Below, piece after piece: positions 27,180-37,266 of a stretch of DNA of 64,000 nt. Below the pieces are notes generated by a model that searched no databases, was not told the origin of the DNA, and was given only the letters and a program-made list of their open reading frames with translations. Within the stretch, counting starts at the first letter, position 1, and each line of letters starts with the position of its first letter. The stretch comes from Pseudomonadota bacterium. Lineage in GTDB: Bacteria > Desulfobacterota > Syntrophorhabdia > Syntrophorhabdales > Syntrophorhabdaceae. The position numbers and the translations under genes were made by a program. The stretch is from assembly GCA_026388275.1 (NCBI GenBank), contig JAPLKB010000059.1, positions 28,155-92,154 on the forward strand, in the 5' to 3' direction.

Positions 27180-28709
27180 ATGAGCATACCAGTTATTGAC
27201 TTATTTGCCGGTCCGGGAGGCCTCGGCGAGGGATTTTCTTCATTAAGGGATCAGAATGGTAATCCTGTATTCAAGATACATCTCTCTATAGAGAAGGATC
27301 ATTTTGCCCATAAAACACTGGAACTGAGAAGCTTCTTCAGGCAGTTTCCGGACGGAAAAGTACCGGAGGATTATTATCGGTATATCCGCAGGGAAGGCAT
27401 AACAAAAGAGGAATTGTTTAGTCGGAATGAACGTGAGGCCAAAGCCGCGCAAAAAGAAGCATGGCGGTTTGAACTCGCCAAGGAACATGCCTTAGAGATA
27501 GACGAACGGATTAAGGAAGCTTTGGATGGAGAGCAATTATGGGTTCTCATCGGTGGCCCGCCCTGTCAGGCATATTCTATAGTGGGTCGTTCCCGGATGC
27601 GCGGGTCAGACCCATCCAAGTACGAAAATGATCCTCGACACTATCTTTATAAGGAGTATCTCAGGACTCTCACGACACATCGCCCTCCCGTATTCGTGAT
27701 GGAGAATGTAAAAGGGATTCTTTCATCGCGGGTTAATGGCGAGGCTATATTTGAGAAGATACTTCATGACCTGTCTTTAGCCGGACACAATGACAGCCAG
27801 AAAGGGTATCGGTTATATACTCTGAACCCGTATGCACAGAAGGCTCAACCGGGTGATTTTGTAATTCATGCAGAAAAACATAATATCCCGCAAAGGCGGC
27901 ATCGTGTAATTGTTGTCGGGGTTAGAAGTGATCTTGATGTCAAACCGGAACCACTCTACGAAAGACAGACCACCGTAACCGTTGGGGATGCTATTTTAGA
28001 TTTGCCGAGGATCCGTAGTGGCATATCAAAAGAACTCGACAGTTTTGCCGTATGGTCTGGGATATTGGAAGAATTTTCAAAGAACACAGGCAGACTTGAA
28101 CCCATGCCAGAAGATGTGCGGAAAGAAATTGAGATGGGCTGTATCAGCCGGGATCATTTGACTTTAGGGGGAGAGTTTATTCCGATAGAATTAGGCGGGC
28201 ACCCATCGGTCTGGCTCAAGGAATATGCTTGGTGGTTCATGGATGAACGTCTAAAAGGGTATTCTAATCATTCAGCAAGATCTCATATCCGTCAGGATTT
28301 GTTCAGATATTTGTATGCATCCTGCTATGCCAAAGCCAGAAAAACTTTTCCTCGTATAGCTGACTTTCCGTACTACTTGAGACCGGCACATCACAATGTG
28401 GAAGATGCAGCAGCTGGGAAACTTTTTACCGACAGGTTCAGGGTTCAACTGGAAGACAAGCCTTCTACTACGGTTGTATCGCATATAAGCAAGGACGGCC
28501 ATTACTTCATCCATCCAGATACCACGCAATGCAGAAGCCTGACGGTACGAGAGGCAGCGAGGCTGCAAACCTTTCCTGATAATTATTTTTTTGAAGGCAA
28601 CAGAACATCACAATATACGCAGGTTGGAAATGCTGTTCCACCACTACTTGCGAGACAAATAGGTCAGAGTATGGCAGAGCTTCTTGGAATGCTATACAAC
28701 TCGACATAA
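27180..28709 (+). CDS. dcm: DNA (cytosine-5) methyltransferase
   Basis: 509 aa with the full C5-MTase motif set: I DLFAGPGGLGEGF, IV GGPPCQAYS, VI VMENVKGIL, VIII QRRHRVIVVG, IX TVREAARLQTFPDNYFF, X GNAVPPLLA. Confidence 0.95.
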   Translation: MSIPVIDLFAGPGGLGEGFSSLRDQNGNPVFKIHLSIEKDHFAHKTLELRSFFRQFPDGKVPEDYYRYIRREGITKEELFSRNEREAKAAQKEAWRFELAKEHALEIDERIKEALDGEQLWVLIGGPPCQAYSIVGRSRMRGSDPSKYENDPRHYLYKEYLRTLTTHRPPVFVMENVKGILSSRVNGEAIFEKILHDLSLAGHNDSQKGYRLYTLNPYAQKAQPGDFVIHAEKHNIPQRRHRVIVVGVRSDLDVKPEPLYERQTTVTVGDAILDLPRIRSGISKELDSFAVWSGILEEFSKNTGRLEPMPEDVRKEIEMGCISRDHLTLGGEFIPIELGGHPSVWLKEYAWWFMDERLKGYSNHSARSHIRQDLFRYLYASCYAKARKTFPRIADFPYYLRPAHHNVEDAAAGKLFTDRFRVQLEDKPSTTVVSHISKDGHYFIHPDTTQCRSLTVREAARLQTFPDNYFFEGNRTSQYTQVGNAVPPLLARQIGQSMAELLGMLYNST

Positions 28710-28728
28710 CACCGAGGGGGATGGTAAC

Positions 28729-30207
28729 ATGTCCGAATTAGTGATCGCACCATATGCTCCGGCACTAATAGAATCTCTAAGGTCTGCCGGTTATTCGCTT
28801 GAATCAGCCATTGCTGATGTTATGGACAACAGCATATCCGCAGGTGCAAAGCAAATTCATGTGCGATATTCACCACATGATGATCCATATATTTTAATTT
28901 TTGACGATGGCATTGGTATGACACCAAGCGAACTCACTGAAGCTATGAGGCATGGAAACCGTGATCCTGGAGAAGTGAGAGCCGTAAATGATCTTGGTCG
29001 GTTTGGTCTAGGCTTGAAGACTGCTTCTCTTTCACAATGTCGGAAACTCACCGTTATCAGCCTGAAAGGAGGCCAACTGTCAGCACGATGTTGGGACATT
29101 GATCTTATCGCGGCACGCGATGACTGGGTCCTATATGTGCCCGAGGGTGATGAAATTGAACAGTTGCCATTTGTAAAAAGTCTAAAAGCACAAGGTCATG
29201 GTACAATTGTGCTATGGCAGAAGCTTGACCGGGTGGCAGTCGGTGAACGTAATATACAGGATGCACTTTCAGGGAAAATGGATATAGCACGACTACATCT
29301 TGCCTTGGTATTCCACAAATACCTTTCTGGCGAAACAAACCAAAACAAGATTGAGATTCGCATGAATGAGAATTATGTATCTGCATTTGATCCGTTTTTT
29401 TCCAAGCATTCTGCTACGCAAGTTCTTCAAGAAGAACTGATAATGGTTGAAAATCATAATGTTTTAATAAAAGCTTACATTTTGCCTCATATAAGTAAGC
29501 TTTCACCTGATGAATTACGCACTGCTGGCGGAGAGGAAGGTCTTCGACACAATCAAGGGTTCTACGTATATCGCAATCATCGCTTGATTACATGGGGAAC
29601 ATGGTTTCGATTAACGAAACGGGCGGAGCTTTCAAAGCTGGCCCGTGTAAGCGTAAACATCCCGAATGCCCTCGATCATTTGTGGACCCTCGACATAAAA
29701 AAATCAACAGCTTATCCGCCGGAGGAAGTAAGACGAAATCTCAGCCGGATAATTAATAAAATTGTTGGAACAAGTCATAGAGTATACACCTATCGAGGCC
29801 GCATAACCAAGACTGACAACCTAATCCATTCCTGGAACCGCTTCGAAGGCAGAGATGGTATCAGTTACGTTATAAACAGGGAACATCCCATTATGAAAGC
29901 GTTCAGAGCCGGACTGGATGTAGACAACAGAAAAATGCTTGATCTCTTTTTGGATACAATCGAAAGTACTTTTCCGGCAGATGCCTTATATGCAGATATG
30001 GCGTCTGATCGCCCGAGGAAATTTACGGAAATAGGTTTAAAAGAAAGACTAACAGAATTAGCACTTTTTCTTCTTGAAACTGCAGAAGCCGTTGAGGGAG
30101 GTAAAACAAGTCTCTTGGAAGGCCTTGCTTTCATAGACCCTTTTTGTCAATATCCTATAATCACAGAATCCATTTTAAAGGAGCTGTCAAATGCCTACCG
30201 AGAATGA
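28729..30207 (+). CDS. GHKL-superfamily (HATPase_c_3 / MORC-like) ATPase
   Basis: Bergerat-fold boxes are ADVMDNSISAGA (N box), FDDGIGMT (G1) and GRFGLGLKTAS (G2). Preferred start is MSELVIAP at 28729, behind GAGGGGGA and 19 nt after the dcm stop. Confidence 0.85.
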   Translation: MSELVIAPYAPALIESLRSAGYSLESAIADVMDNSISAGAKQIHVRYSPHDDPYILIFDDGIGMTPSELTEAMRHGNRDPGEVRAVNDLGRFGLGLKTASLSQCRKLTVISLKGGQLSARCWDIDLIAARDDWVLYVPEGDEIEQLPFVKSLKAQGHGTIVLWQKLDRVAVGERNIQDALSGKMDIARLHLALVFHKYLSGETNQNKIEIRMNENYVSAFDPFFSKHSATQVLQEELIMVENHNVLIKAYILPHISKLSPDELRTAGGEEGLRHNQGFYVYRNHRLITWGTWFRLTKRAELSKLARVSVNIPNALDHLWTLDIKKSTAYPPEEVRRNLSRIINKIVGTSHRVYTYRGRITKTDNLIHSWNRFEGRDGISYVINREHPIMKAFRAGLDVDNRKMLDLFLDTIESTFPADALYADMASDRPRKFTEIGLKERLTELALFLLETAEAVEGGKTSLLEGLAFIDPFCQYPIITESILKELSNAYRE

Positions 30208-32872
30208 ACAGATGATTGAAAATCTGGTGGTAACCACTATTCGGCCGAATCAATTGCCTACAGAAGAAGATATTCTGAAACTTGTCCAGGGATTTCGGCT
30301 TATGTTTCCTATCTCAGAAGAGGAAGCCAGTACAGTTCTTCGAAAACTTCATACACGACTAAGCATCAACATGGATACTGGTACTGCTATTGTTGAAGAT
30401 CACCAGCCGTGGCTATTTGCACGAAAACCAGAAATTGATCCTTATTACTGGAATCGCTACGAAAAATATCTCATTCAGAGTGTGTGGTCGCCAAGAGTTG
30501 TCAACGCTCTAGATAGAGTCACCGACGAAATACTCGACCTAATGGGCAATCCTATCAAAACAGAATCGTGGTTGCGTAGAGGGTTGGTAGTGGGAGATGT
30601 ACAGTCGGGAAAAACTGCAAACTATACCGCTCTATGCTGCAAAGCAGCAGACGCTGGCTACCGGCTTATTATACTTCTGACGGGTACACTGGAAAATCTT
30701 CGCCGTCAGACACAGGAACGTTTGGATGCAGGTTTCGTAGGACTTGACAGTTCCGGTCTCCTTTCGCAGCAGCGAACAACAAGAGAAGTTGGGGTTGGCA
30801 TACTCAACCGGATCAGGATGGCAGGGGTTTTTACATCTACAAAATATGACTTCAAAAGCGAACTGATGAATCAACTGGGGTTTAAACTGAGTGCTTTTGC
30901 AGAGCCCGTTCTGGTAGTGGTCAAGAAAAACAAAAGAATTCTGGAGAATCTAGAAAATTGGCTTCGTTCATATAATGTTGGTAGTTCAGGAAGAATTGAT
31001 ACACCTATGTTGCTTATTGACGATGAAGCCGATAATGCTTCGATAAATACCAGCCCAAACTCAGATGATCCGACAGCTATCAACGAAAGAATCCGAGCAC
31101 TCTTGCACCTTTTTACGAGGTCAACTTATATCGGCTTTACGGCAACTCCTTTTGCGAATATTTTCATCGACCCTGATTCCGAGAACGATATGGTAGGCGA
31201 TGATCTGTTCCCGAAGCATTTCATCTATGCGTTAGAGGCACCGACGAACTACATTGGTACTCAGTCAATTTTTGGAGAAGAAACACATCTCGACTGCCTC
31301 AGAGAAATAGATGATTCGGACATAATATTTCCATTAAGGCACAGAATCACTTTGATAGTTGAATCACTTCCTGGGAGCCTGATGGAAGCCGTACGCAGCT
31401 TCATCGTTTCTAACGCAATACGCGACCTTAGAGGTGAGGATGGAACTCATCGGTCAATGCTGGTGAATGTAAGCCGATTCACCGGAATACAGGAGCAGGT
31501 GGCACGTTTGTTGGACTATGAATTGCGGGAGATTAACCGAGAAATAAGGAATTACAGCCAACTTGATATCAAAGAAGCGTGTAGATCAGAAGTAATTGCA
31601 GCAATCAGGAACACTTGGGAGAAAGAATTTTCGGATGCCGGATTTGCATGGCTCGATGTTCAACATTCCCTGCTCCAAGCTGCGCTCCCGATCGAGGTAA
31701 GGTCAGTAAACCAGCGTTCAGGAGCGAAGAGCCTTGATTATTCTACATACCGTGAGAAAGGCTTACGAGTTGTAGCCGTCGGAGGAAACAGTCTTTCAAG
31801 GGGGTTGACGCTTGAAGGTCTTTCCATCAGCTATTTTTTGCGGAACTCTCAGATGTACGATACTCTGCTGCAAATGGGTCGTTGGTTCGGTTATCGGGAT
31901 GGATACGCTGATCTTTGTAGAATATGGCTACCGGTGGAAGCCATTCACTGGTACCGATATATAGCACTTGCAACTGAGGAACTGCGCAGCGAAATTTATA
32001 GGATGCAGTCATTAAGTCTTACGCCCAAGGACTTTGGGCTTAAAGTGCGAGCCCACCCAGATTCACTCATTGTTACGGCTCGAAACAAAATGCGCTCTGC
32101 CAGAACAATTGAACGTGTGATTTCTATAAGTGGGCAAAGAATCGAGACACCAAGGCTGTATCAGTCCATTGACATGATCCGGGCGAATGCTACTGCTGCG
32201 GAAAGCCTGTTTACTAAACTGAGAATGGATGGGATTCTCCTCGATAAGTCGCCTTATGGAAACAACATTTGGAGGGCTGTGAACAAGGAACTGATCTGTC
32301 GGTTTCTTAGGCGGTTTGAGAGCCACCCCCTAAATCTTACCTTTCAGAAGGATGACCTTGCGCAGTTTTTGGAAAACACTGATGAAGCGAAGCTTCAGAT
32401 GTGGGACATCGTACTGCCTAACGGTGGCGAAACGGAAGAGATATTCGCTGGAATTGTTTATCATCCTCAGAAACGTAGGATTGAAACCAGAAACGACTCC
32501 AAGATGATTCTTGTGTCAGGCACAAAGGCACGGGTTGGTTCCCGAGGAATCGACAGAGAGGGTATTCCTCAGGATGTAGTGGTTCGTATAGAGGAGGAAT
32601 ACCGGCAGAAGAATCAGAGTGTCCCTGACAAGGCCTTCACGCCAGTGAGATCAAGACCTCTCCTGCTCGTCCACATTGTAAAGCCGGTTCAATATGACAG
32701 AGATTACAATACAGGGGGTAACCCTCTCATTGCGTTAGGCTTGAGTTTTCCGGAGTTCAATGACAGCACTGATGCCCGCAAAGTGCGATACCGAATCAAC
32801 TTAGTGGAATGGAGAAACATGTTTCAGACAGAACTTGATGACGACGTGGAGATGGCTGATGACAACATTTGA
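30191..32872 (+). CDS. Z1-domain protein: P-loop / SF2-helicase-like NTPase
   Basis: 893 aa. Walker A is GDVQSGKT, DEAD-like Walker B is LLIDDEADNAS, and the late helicase-like blocks are LSRGLTLEGLSISYF and LQMGRWFGYRDGYADLCRIW (QxxGRxxR-like). Its start overlaps the GHKL gene end by 17 nt. Confidence 0.8.
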   Translation: MPTENEQMIENLVVTTIRPNQLPTEEDILKLVQGFRLMFPISEEEASTVLRKLHTRLSINMDTGTAIVEDHQPWLFARKPEIDPYYWNRYEKYLIQSVWSPRVVNALDRVTDEILDLMGNPIKTESWLRRGLVVGDVQSGKTANYTALCCKAADAGYRLIILLTGTLENLRRQTQERLDAGFVGLDSSGLLSQQRTTREVGVGILNRIRMAGVFTSTKYDFKSELMNQLGFKLSAFAEPVLVVVKKNKRILENLENWLRSYNVGSSGRIDTPMLLIDDEADNASINTSPNSDDPTAINERIRALLHLFTRSTYIGFTATPFANIFIDPDSENDMVGDDLFPKHFIYALEAPTNYIGTQSIFGEETHLDCLREIDDSDIIFPLRHRITLIVESLPGSLMEAVRSFIVSNAIRDLRGEDGTHRSMLVNVSRFTGIQEQVARLLDYELREINREIRNYSQLDIKEACRSEVIAAIRNTWEKEFSDAGFAWLDVQHSLLQAALPIEVRSVNQRSGAKSLDYSTYREKGLRVVAVGGNSLSRGLTLEGLSISYFLRNSQMYDTLLQMGRWFGYRDGYADLCRIWLPVEAIHWYRYIALATEELRSEIYRMQSLSLTPKDFGLKVRAHPDSLIVTARNKMRSARTIERVISISGQRIETPRLYQSIDMIRANATAAESLFTKLRMDGILLDKSPYGNNIWRAVNKELICRFLRRFESHPLNLTFQKDDLAQFLENTDEAKLQMWDIVLPNGGETEEIFAGIVYHPQKRRIETRNDSKMILVSGTKARVGSRGIDREGIPQDVVVRIEEEYRQKNQSVPDKAFTPVRSRPLLLVHIVKPVQYDRDYNTGGNPLIALGLSFPEFNDSTDARKVRYRINLVEWRNMFQTELDDDVEMADDNI

Positions 32873-33800
32873 GTCACGCTGGGGAAGTTTCGGACCGGGA
32901 AGAGGTTTTCAGCGAGTCGATGAGGACCATCCTCTGGACTTCTATATCGGTGTTGATATTTCGGACCACCGTGTTCTGCTTCTTGTTATGGAAAGTGAGC
33001 TACATGTTCCCATGCAAAGCCAAGCAATTCAAGTTATTTGTAGCCGGAGACAGGACGGCAGATGGGCTCTCATGTTTTCTCTCTTGCGGCCCGATCTGGG
33101 AGTGATCTTTTCGCATCTATGCGAGGATATTGTGGAATCAAGTCGAAAAATATCAGATAAATCGAAAGCTGGTGAGCTTATCTTGAGCCGTTTTGTCCGG
33201 TGGCAACGACTCCTTAGAAGCGGTAGCACGGGTTTACTTGACGAATCAGTGCAGAAGGGACTTCTTGGAGAGTTATTGTTTCTTCGGCAGTTAGCATTGC
33301 CGGTCTATGGTACTATTTCTGCCCTCGAAGGCTGGGTTGGACCCTTGAATGCTGAACAGGATTTTCGATACGTAGACAGGATTTTCGAGATCAAGACAAT
33401 CGGACCGGATGCGCTCACCGTGAGAATCTCTTCCGCTGAACAATTGGATGATACCGACCGACCGATTCAACTGGTTCTGGTAGTGTTAAACCAAACTGAT
33501 CGGACTGATGCCGATGCGTTTTGTCTTTCAAGCATTGTTGCTGAACTACGGCAGGAACTGCTGTTCGATCCAGCAGCGTCAGCTCTCTTTGGTGATCGGC
33601 TTTTGTCAATCGGATACTTTGATAGAGACGAGTATAGCACACTATTTTTCAGATTCGACCGTTTTCGGTACTTTGCGATCCGTGAGGGGTTTCCAAGGAT
33701 AGTACGGTCGCGGCTACCGTTAGCAGTTAGCAGCGTGAGATATGAACTATATATTCAGGCTTGTCTGCCTTATGAGATCGTGGGCACTAGGGAGGAATAA
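32859..33800 (+). CDS. PD-(D/E)XK-motif nuclease-like protein
   Basis: ~313 aa. GLLGELLFLRQLA, then EQDFRYVDRIFEIKT, gives an E ... D ... E-x-K arrangement. The start (32859 or 32835) overlaps the Z1 gene end. The stop lies 1 nt before the AIPR start. Confidence 0.65.
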   Translation: MTTFESRWGSFGPGRGFQRVDEDHPLDFYIGVDISDHRVLLLVMESELHVPMQSQAIQVICSRRQDGRWALMFSLLRPDLGVIFSHLCEDIVESSRKISDKSKAGELILSRFVRWQRLLRSGSTGLLDESVQKGLLGELLFLRQLALPVYGTISALEGWVGPLNAEQDFRYVDRIFEIKTIGPDALTVRISSAEQLDDTDRPIQLVLVVLNQTDRTDADAFCLSSIVAELRQELLFDPAASALFGDRLLSIGYFDRDEYSTLFFRFDRFRYFAIREGFPRIVRSRLPLAVSSVRYELYIQACLPYEIVGTREE

Positions 33801-33801
33801 T

Positions 33802-35886
33802 ATGGAGCTTGAAGATTACCGCAAAGATTTCCTTGAATCTGTCAAGTCACGCGCGGCTGCCGACGGAGACCTGACTCAAGCGGCGTTCGTGACGGTTGTG
33901 TCTGAGAGACTCATAGAGGCAGAGGAATTACAGGATTTTGAACCCTGTTATTATCCAGGAAGCGGGATTCGAGATCGCAGGTTGAAGCTTCGCGTAGATG
34001 GGTATTCTTACGATGATACCGATGGTTCTTACAACCTTATTATTGCTGACTATCGGGGTAATGATGATATTGAGACGCTAACGCAGACCGATGCGACCAC
34101 TCAGTTTACAAGACTTCGATCATTTCTTTTGGAGGCGGTTTCCGGTATGCTGCATCCGGTACTGGAAAACAGTTCTCCGGCACATGCTCTTGCCGTCAAA
34201 CTCTATGGACATCCTGATCTTATCACGCGTTTTCGCCTCTTCCTCGTAACCGACGCAGTTCTCAGTGCTCGTGTCAAAGATTGGCGCGAGGAATCTCTTA
34301 ACGACAAACCTATCGAGTTCCATATATGGGACATTGCACGTTTCCACAGGGTTTCCGAATCCATGACAGGAAGGGATGAGCTTACCGTAGATTTTCGGGA
34401 GTTCGCGGATGATGGTGTTCCCTGTCTGGAAGCGAGCCAGACTGACGGAGAGTATAAGGCCTACCTATGCGTTATGCCGGGAAGTATTCTTGCCGACCTC
34501 TACGACAGATTCGGTAGCCGGCTACTTGAAAATAACGTTCGTTCATTTCTGGGGATACGTGGAACAAAGAGCGTGAACAGCGGTATCCGTAACACTATAC
34601 TGAAGCAACCTACTATGTTTTTTGCATATAACAATGGTATCGCGGCAACTGCCAGCGAAGCAGAAGTTGTTTATTCCGGGAACAGTCTGTATCTGGCGCA
34701 GGCAAAGGACCTTCAAATCGTGAACGGCGGACAGACAACTGCGTCACTGACCAATACAAGGCGCAAAGACAAAGCTGCACTTGATGGTATATTCATACAA
34801 ATGAAGCTCTCTGTTATCGAGCCCAATCGAGCAGAGGAGGTAATTCCGCTCATCTCCCGTTTTGCAAACAGTCAGAACAAGGTGAGTGATGCAGATTTCT
34901 TCTCTAATCACCCATTCCACATAAGAATAGAGACGCATTCGAGGCGTATATGGGCACCGGCCGTGGATGGCGCTCAGCATGAGACGCACTGGTTTTATGA
35001 GCGGGCCAGAGGCCAATTTCTTAACGAACAGGCCAAACTGTCGCCATCTGAAAAACGCCGGTTCCTACAACAAAATCCACGTTCCCAATTGCTTACAAAA
35101 ACGGATCTTGCCAAGTATGAGAATACTTGGAGAGGCATGCCGCATATTGTCAGTCTCGGGGCGCAAAAAAACTTCAAATATTTCGCTGAGTGGATTGATG
35201 AAAAATGGAAAGCTTCAGATGTTGATTTCAGCGAAGAATATTTCAAAAATATTGTTGCCAAGGCTATTCTGTGGCAGTACACGGAACGAATGATCTCCGG
35301 GCAGACATGGTATCAGGGCGGATACCGGGCAAATATTGTTGCCTACACTATTGCCAAGCTTTCAAACAGTATTGAGGTCGAGGGCAAGGGGCAGGCCCTT
35401 GATTTGCGAGCCATCTGGACAAAGCAGCAGCTATCGGATGCAATCCTGAAGCAACTTCAGTTGATCGCCGAGGCCATGTCAAAAGTGATTGTAGATCCTG
35501 ATAGACCTGTGGAAAATGTTACAGAATGGTGCAAGAACAAGCTTTGTTTTGAAAGAGCGGAGAAGTTACAAATACCGCTGTTGCCTGGATTCTATAAGGA
35601 ATTGGTCGACAAAGATGAACTGAGGGTTGCAGCAAAAGATGGAAAGTCCCTGCAGAAGACCGACAAAGGGATCTCTGCTCAAATGGAGGTTCTGGAATTA
35701 GGTGCCGTGTACTGGTTGCAAGTAAAGGACTGGAGCGAAAGCAACAAACTGTTGACTCCAGAGGAAACAAAACTGGTGGCCCTTGCTTCAAGGATACCAG
35801 CAAATATTCCCAACTACTACCAGAGCCAAAGACTTCTTGAAATACGGCAAAAAATCGAGATGGAAGGATTTATGGCATCGTCGTAA
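33802..35886 (+). CDS. AIPR (abortive-infection phage-resistance) family protein
   Basis: ~694 aa. NNVRSFLGIRGTKSVNSGIRNTI, FFAYNNGIAATAS and LQIVNGGQTTASL are the blocks I associate with the AIPR family. Start is MELEDYRK, behind GGAGGA. Confidence 0.75.
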   Translation: MELEDYRKDFLESVKSRAAADGDLTQAAFVTVVSERLIEAEELQDFEPCYYPGSGIRDRRLKLRVDGYSYDDTDGSYNLIIADYRGNDDIETLTQTDATTQFTRLRSFLLEAVSGMLHPVLENSSPAHALAVKLYGHPDLITRFRLFLVTDAVLSARVKDWREESLNDKPIEFHIWDIARFHRVSESMTGRDELTVDFREFADDGVPCLEASQTDGEYKAYLCVMPGSILADLYDRFGSRLLENNVRSFLGIRGTKSVNSGIRNTILKQPTMFFAYNNGIAATASEAEVVYSGNSLYLAQAKDLQIVNGGQTTASLTNTRRKDKAALDGIFIQMKLSVIEPNRAEEVIPLISRFANSQNKVSDADFFSNHPFHIRIETHSRRIWAPAVDGAQHETHWFYERARGQFLNEQAKLSPSEKRRFLQQNPRSQLLTKTDLAKYENTWRGMPHIVSLGAQKNFKYFAEWIDEKWKASDVDFSEEYFKNIVAKAILWQYTERMISGQTWYQGGYRANIVAYTIAKLSNSIEVEGKGQALDLRAIWTKQQLSDAILKQLQLIAEAMSKVIVDPDRPVENVTEWCKNKLCFERAEKLQIPLLPGFYKELVDKDELRVAAKDGKSLQKTDKGISAQMEVLELGAVYWLQVKDWSESNKLLTPEETKLVALASRIPANIPNYYQSQRLLEIRQKIEMEGFMASS

Positions 35887-35901
35887 TTAAACATAATGTT
35901 T

Positions 35902-36393
35902 CTATGGTTTTCTATCCCCATACTTAGATCGTGTTTCTGCTACCATGAGCATATCTTCATTATTTGCTGTTTGTAACAAAGGATGCAATATACTTTCCTG
36001 AAGTTTTAAGGCAAGGTTTTCAAGTGATTTTTCCGTCTCACACTCCCAAACTATGATGACGTTCCATCCAAGAAGCTCAAGGTCTGACTGTTTTTGTCTA
36101 TCTCGCACAATATTTCCGAAAAATTTCTTCTCCCAGAATTCAGTATTGGTCTTGGGTGTCGTGGCATTTTTACAGCCGGAGTGACGGTGCCAGAAACAAC
36201 CATGTACAAAAATTACTGTCTTATATTTCGGAAGCATGATATCGGGCTTCCCCGGCAGGTCCTTGCAATGTAATCTGTAACGATACCCCATTAAATGAAG
36301 TAAAGATCTGACAACTTTCTCCGGCTTGGTGTCTCCGGATTTTATCCGGCTCATATTCCAACTTCTTTTTTCACGTGTCAGACTGTCAACCAT
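35902..36393 (-). CDS. vsr: Very-short-patch repair endonuclease Vsr
   Basis: DTKPEKVVRSLLHLMGYRYRLH, PGKPDIMLPKYKTVIFVHGCFWHRHSGC and LLGWNVIIVWECE are present. It converges on the AIPR gene with a 15-nt gap. Start is taken at MVDSLTREKRSWNMSRI. Confidence 0.9.
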   Translation of the reverse strand: MVDSLTREKRSWNMSRIKSGDTKPEKVVRSLLHLMGYRYRLHCKDLPGKPDIMLPKYKTVIFVHGCFWHRHSGCKNATTPKTNTEFWEKKFFGNIVRDRQKQSDLELLGWNVIIVWECETEKSLENLALKLQESILHPLLQTANNEDMLMVAETRSKYGDRKP

Positions 36394-36585
36394 ATGCTTT
36401 CCCTGAAGGCAAAATATAGCATAAGTTTTTTTGGAGAACAAAGAGTATTGTACATCGAGTTCGCACACCGGCGGGGGAATTGTGTTCTATCGATTCGCAG
36501 ATGGCGCGCCTGCGCTTGAAGTCAATCTGAAGAGGGATGTGAGTTGGGAGAAGTGGCAACTACCAAAGAATCCTCGGTAGTTCAG

Positions 36586-36705
36586 GATGAAGGCGGACGA
36601 AAAATCCGACAATTCCAACATCCCAAAAGCCCCTTCGGGAGATTGGTTGACACTGTGTCAACCAATCAGCTAATCCGCCGTAAAACTAATACAGACGATG
36701 CTTTG
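36586..36705 (+). repeat. Hairpin repeat unit A1 (perfect 10-bp stem ttggttgaca/tgtcaaccaa at 36643-36665)
   Basis: gatgaaggcggacgaaaaatccgacaa..cccaaaagccccttcgggagaTTGGTTGACActgTGTCAACCAAtcagctaatccgccgtaaaactaatacagacgatgctttg. It is near-identical to 39623-39742 and related to 38821-38921. Confidence 0.85.
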
Positions 36706-36821
36706 TGGATAGGAAGGAACAAACAGGGAATTATGAAAACAAGGCCCCAAAGCGAAGCGCAATTCAATTGTATATTTCGAACAAATAAGAGGGAAGAGTA
36801 TGTAAAAATCTTATACTTTCT

Positions 36822-36890
36822 GTGTCCACCAAAACCCTCCTCAGACAATTTGCTGTAACAGTTACAGCAAATCCTCAAATCGCCGCAAAG
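36822..36890 (+). repeat. Hairpin repeat unit B (12-bp palindrome atttgctgtaac/gttacagcaaat at 36848-36872)
   Basis: It has the same flank grammar (cc-rich left flank; right flank tcc.caaatcgccgcaaa) as the other units, but a different, still perfectly complementary, stem sequence. Confidence 0.7.
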
Positions 36891-36939
36891 CTTAGATAGA
36901 AGCCATTTAGCACATGGCTGTCCCGCAAACTCGACTTTG

Positions 36940-37212
36940 TTCTTTTTCCTCTCGCCCACTCCCTGCGGTCGTTCGAGCACGCAGAGATCGCAGAGTTGAA
37001 ATAACTTTTGCCGGAATTGAGAGAATGATCCATTCCGGCAAAATTGCATACCCTGCGGGTGAATTAATATATTTATCTTTCTCTGTGCACTCTGCGAGAG
37101 ATATCTTTTTGATCTTTACATCCCGCCTCCCGAAGACCCATTCAAGCAATTTGCCGACACTGTGTCGGCAAATCCATAAATCGCCGCAAAACCAATACAG
37201 ACAGTGCTTTAC
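36940..37212 (+). repeat. Long repeat L1, ending in hairpin unit C1 (atttgccgaca-ctg-tgtcggcaaat at 37149-37173)
   Basis: ttcctctcgcccactccctgcggtcgttcgagcacgcagagatcgcagagttgaaataa ... tctttctctgtgcac ... catcccgcctcccgaagacccattcaagca-hairpin-ccataaatcgccgcaaaaccaatacagac. It is colinear with 38486-38700, except for an extra ~60 bp (37010-37070) that itself contains the ttgccggaat/attccggcaa hairpin. Confidence 0.85.
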
Positions 37213-37266
37213 TGGATATGGCAGAAAAAACACTGGTTTAATGCAGCTAATGAACAAAAATATATA

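Noticed and set aside
27141-27182. Sigma-70 promoter for dcm (TGgTATAAG extended -10 at 27167-27174)
   Set aside because: There is no acceptable -35 at 16-18 nt, and the -10 would put the start site on the ATG itself. It is not convincing enough to list as a feature.
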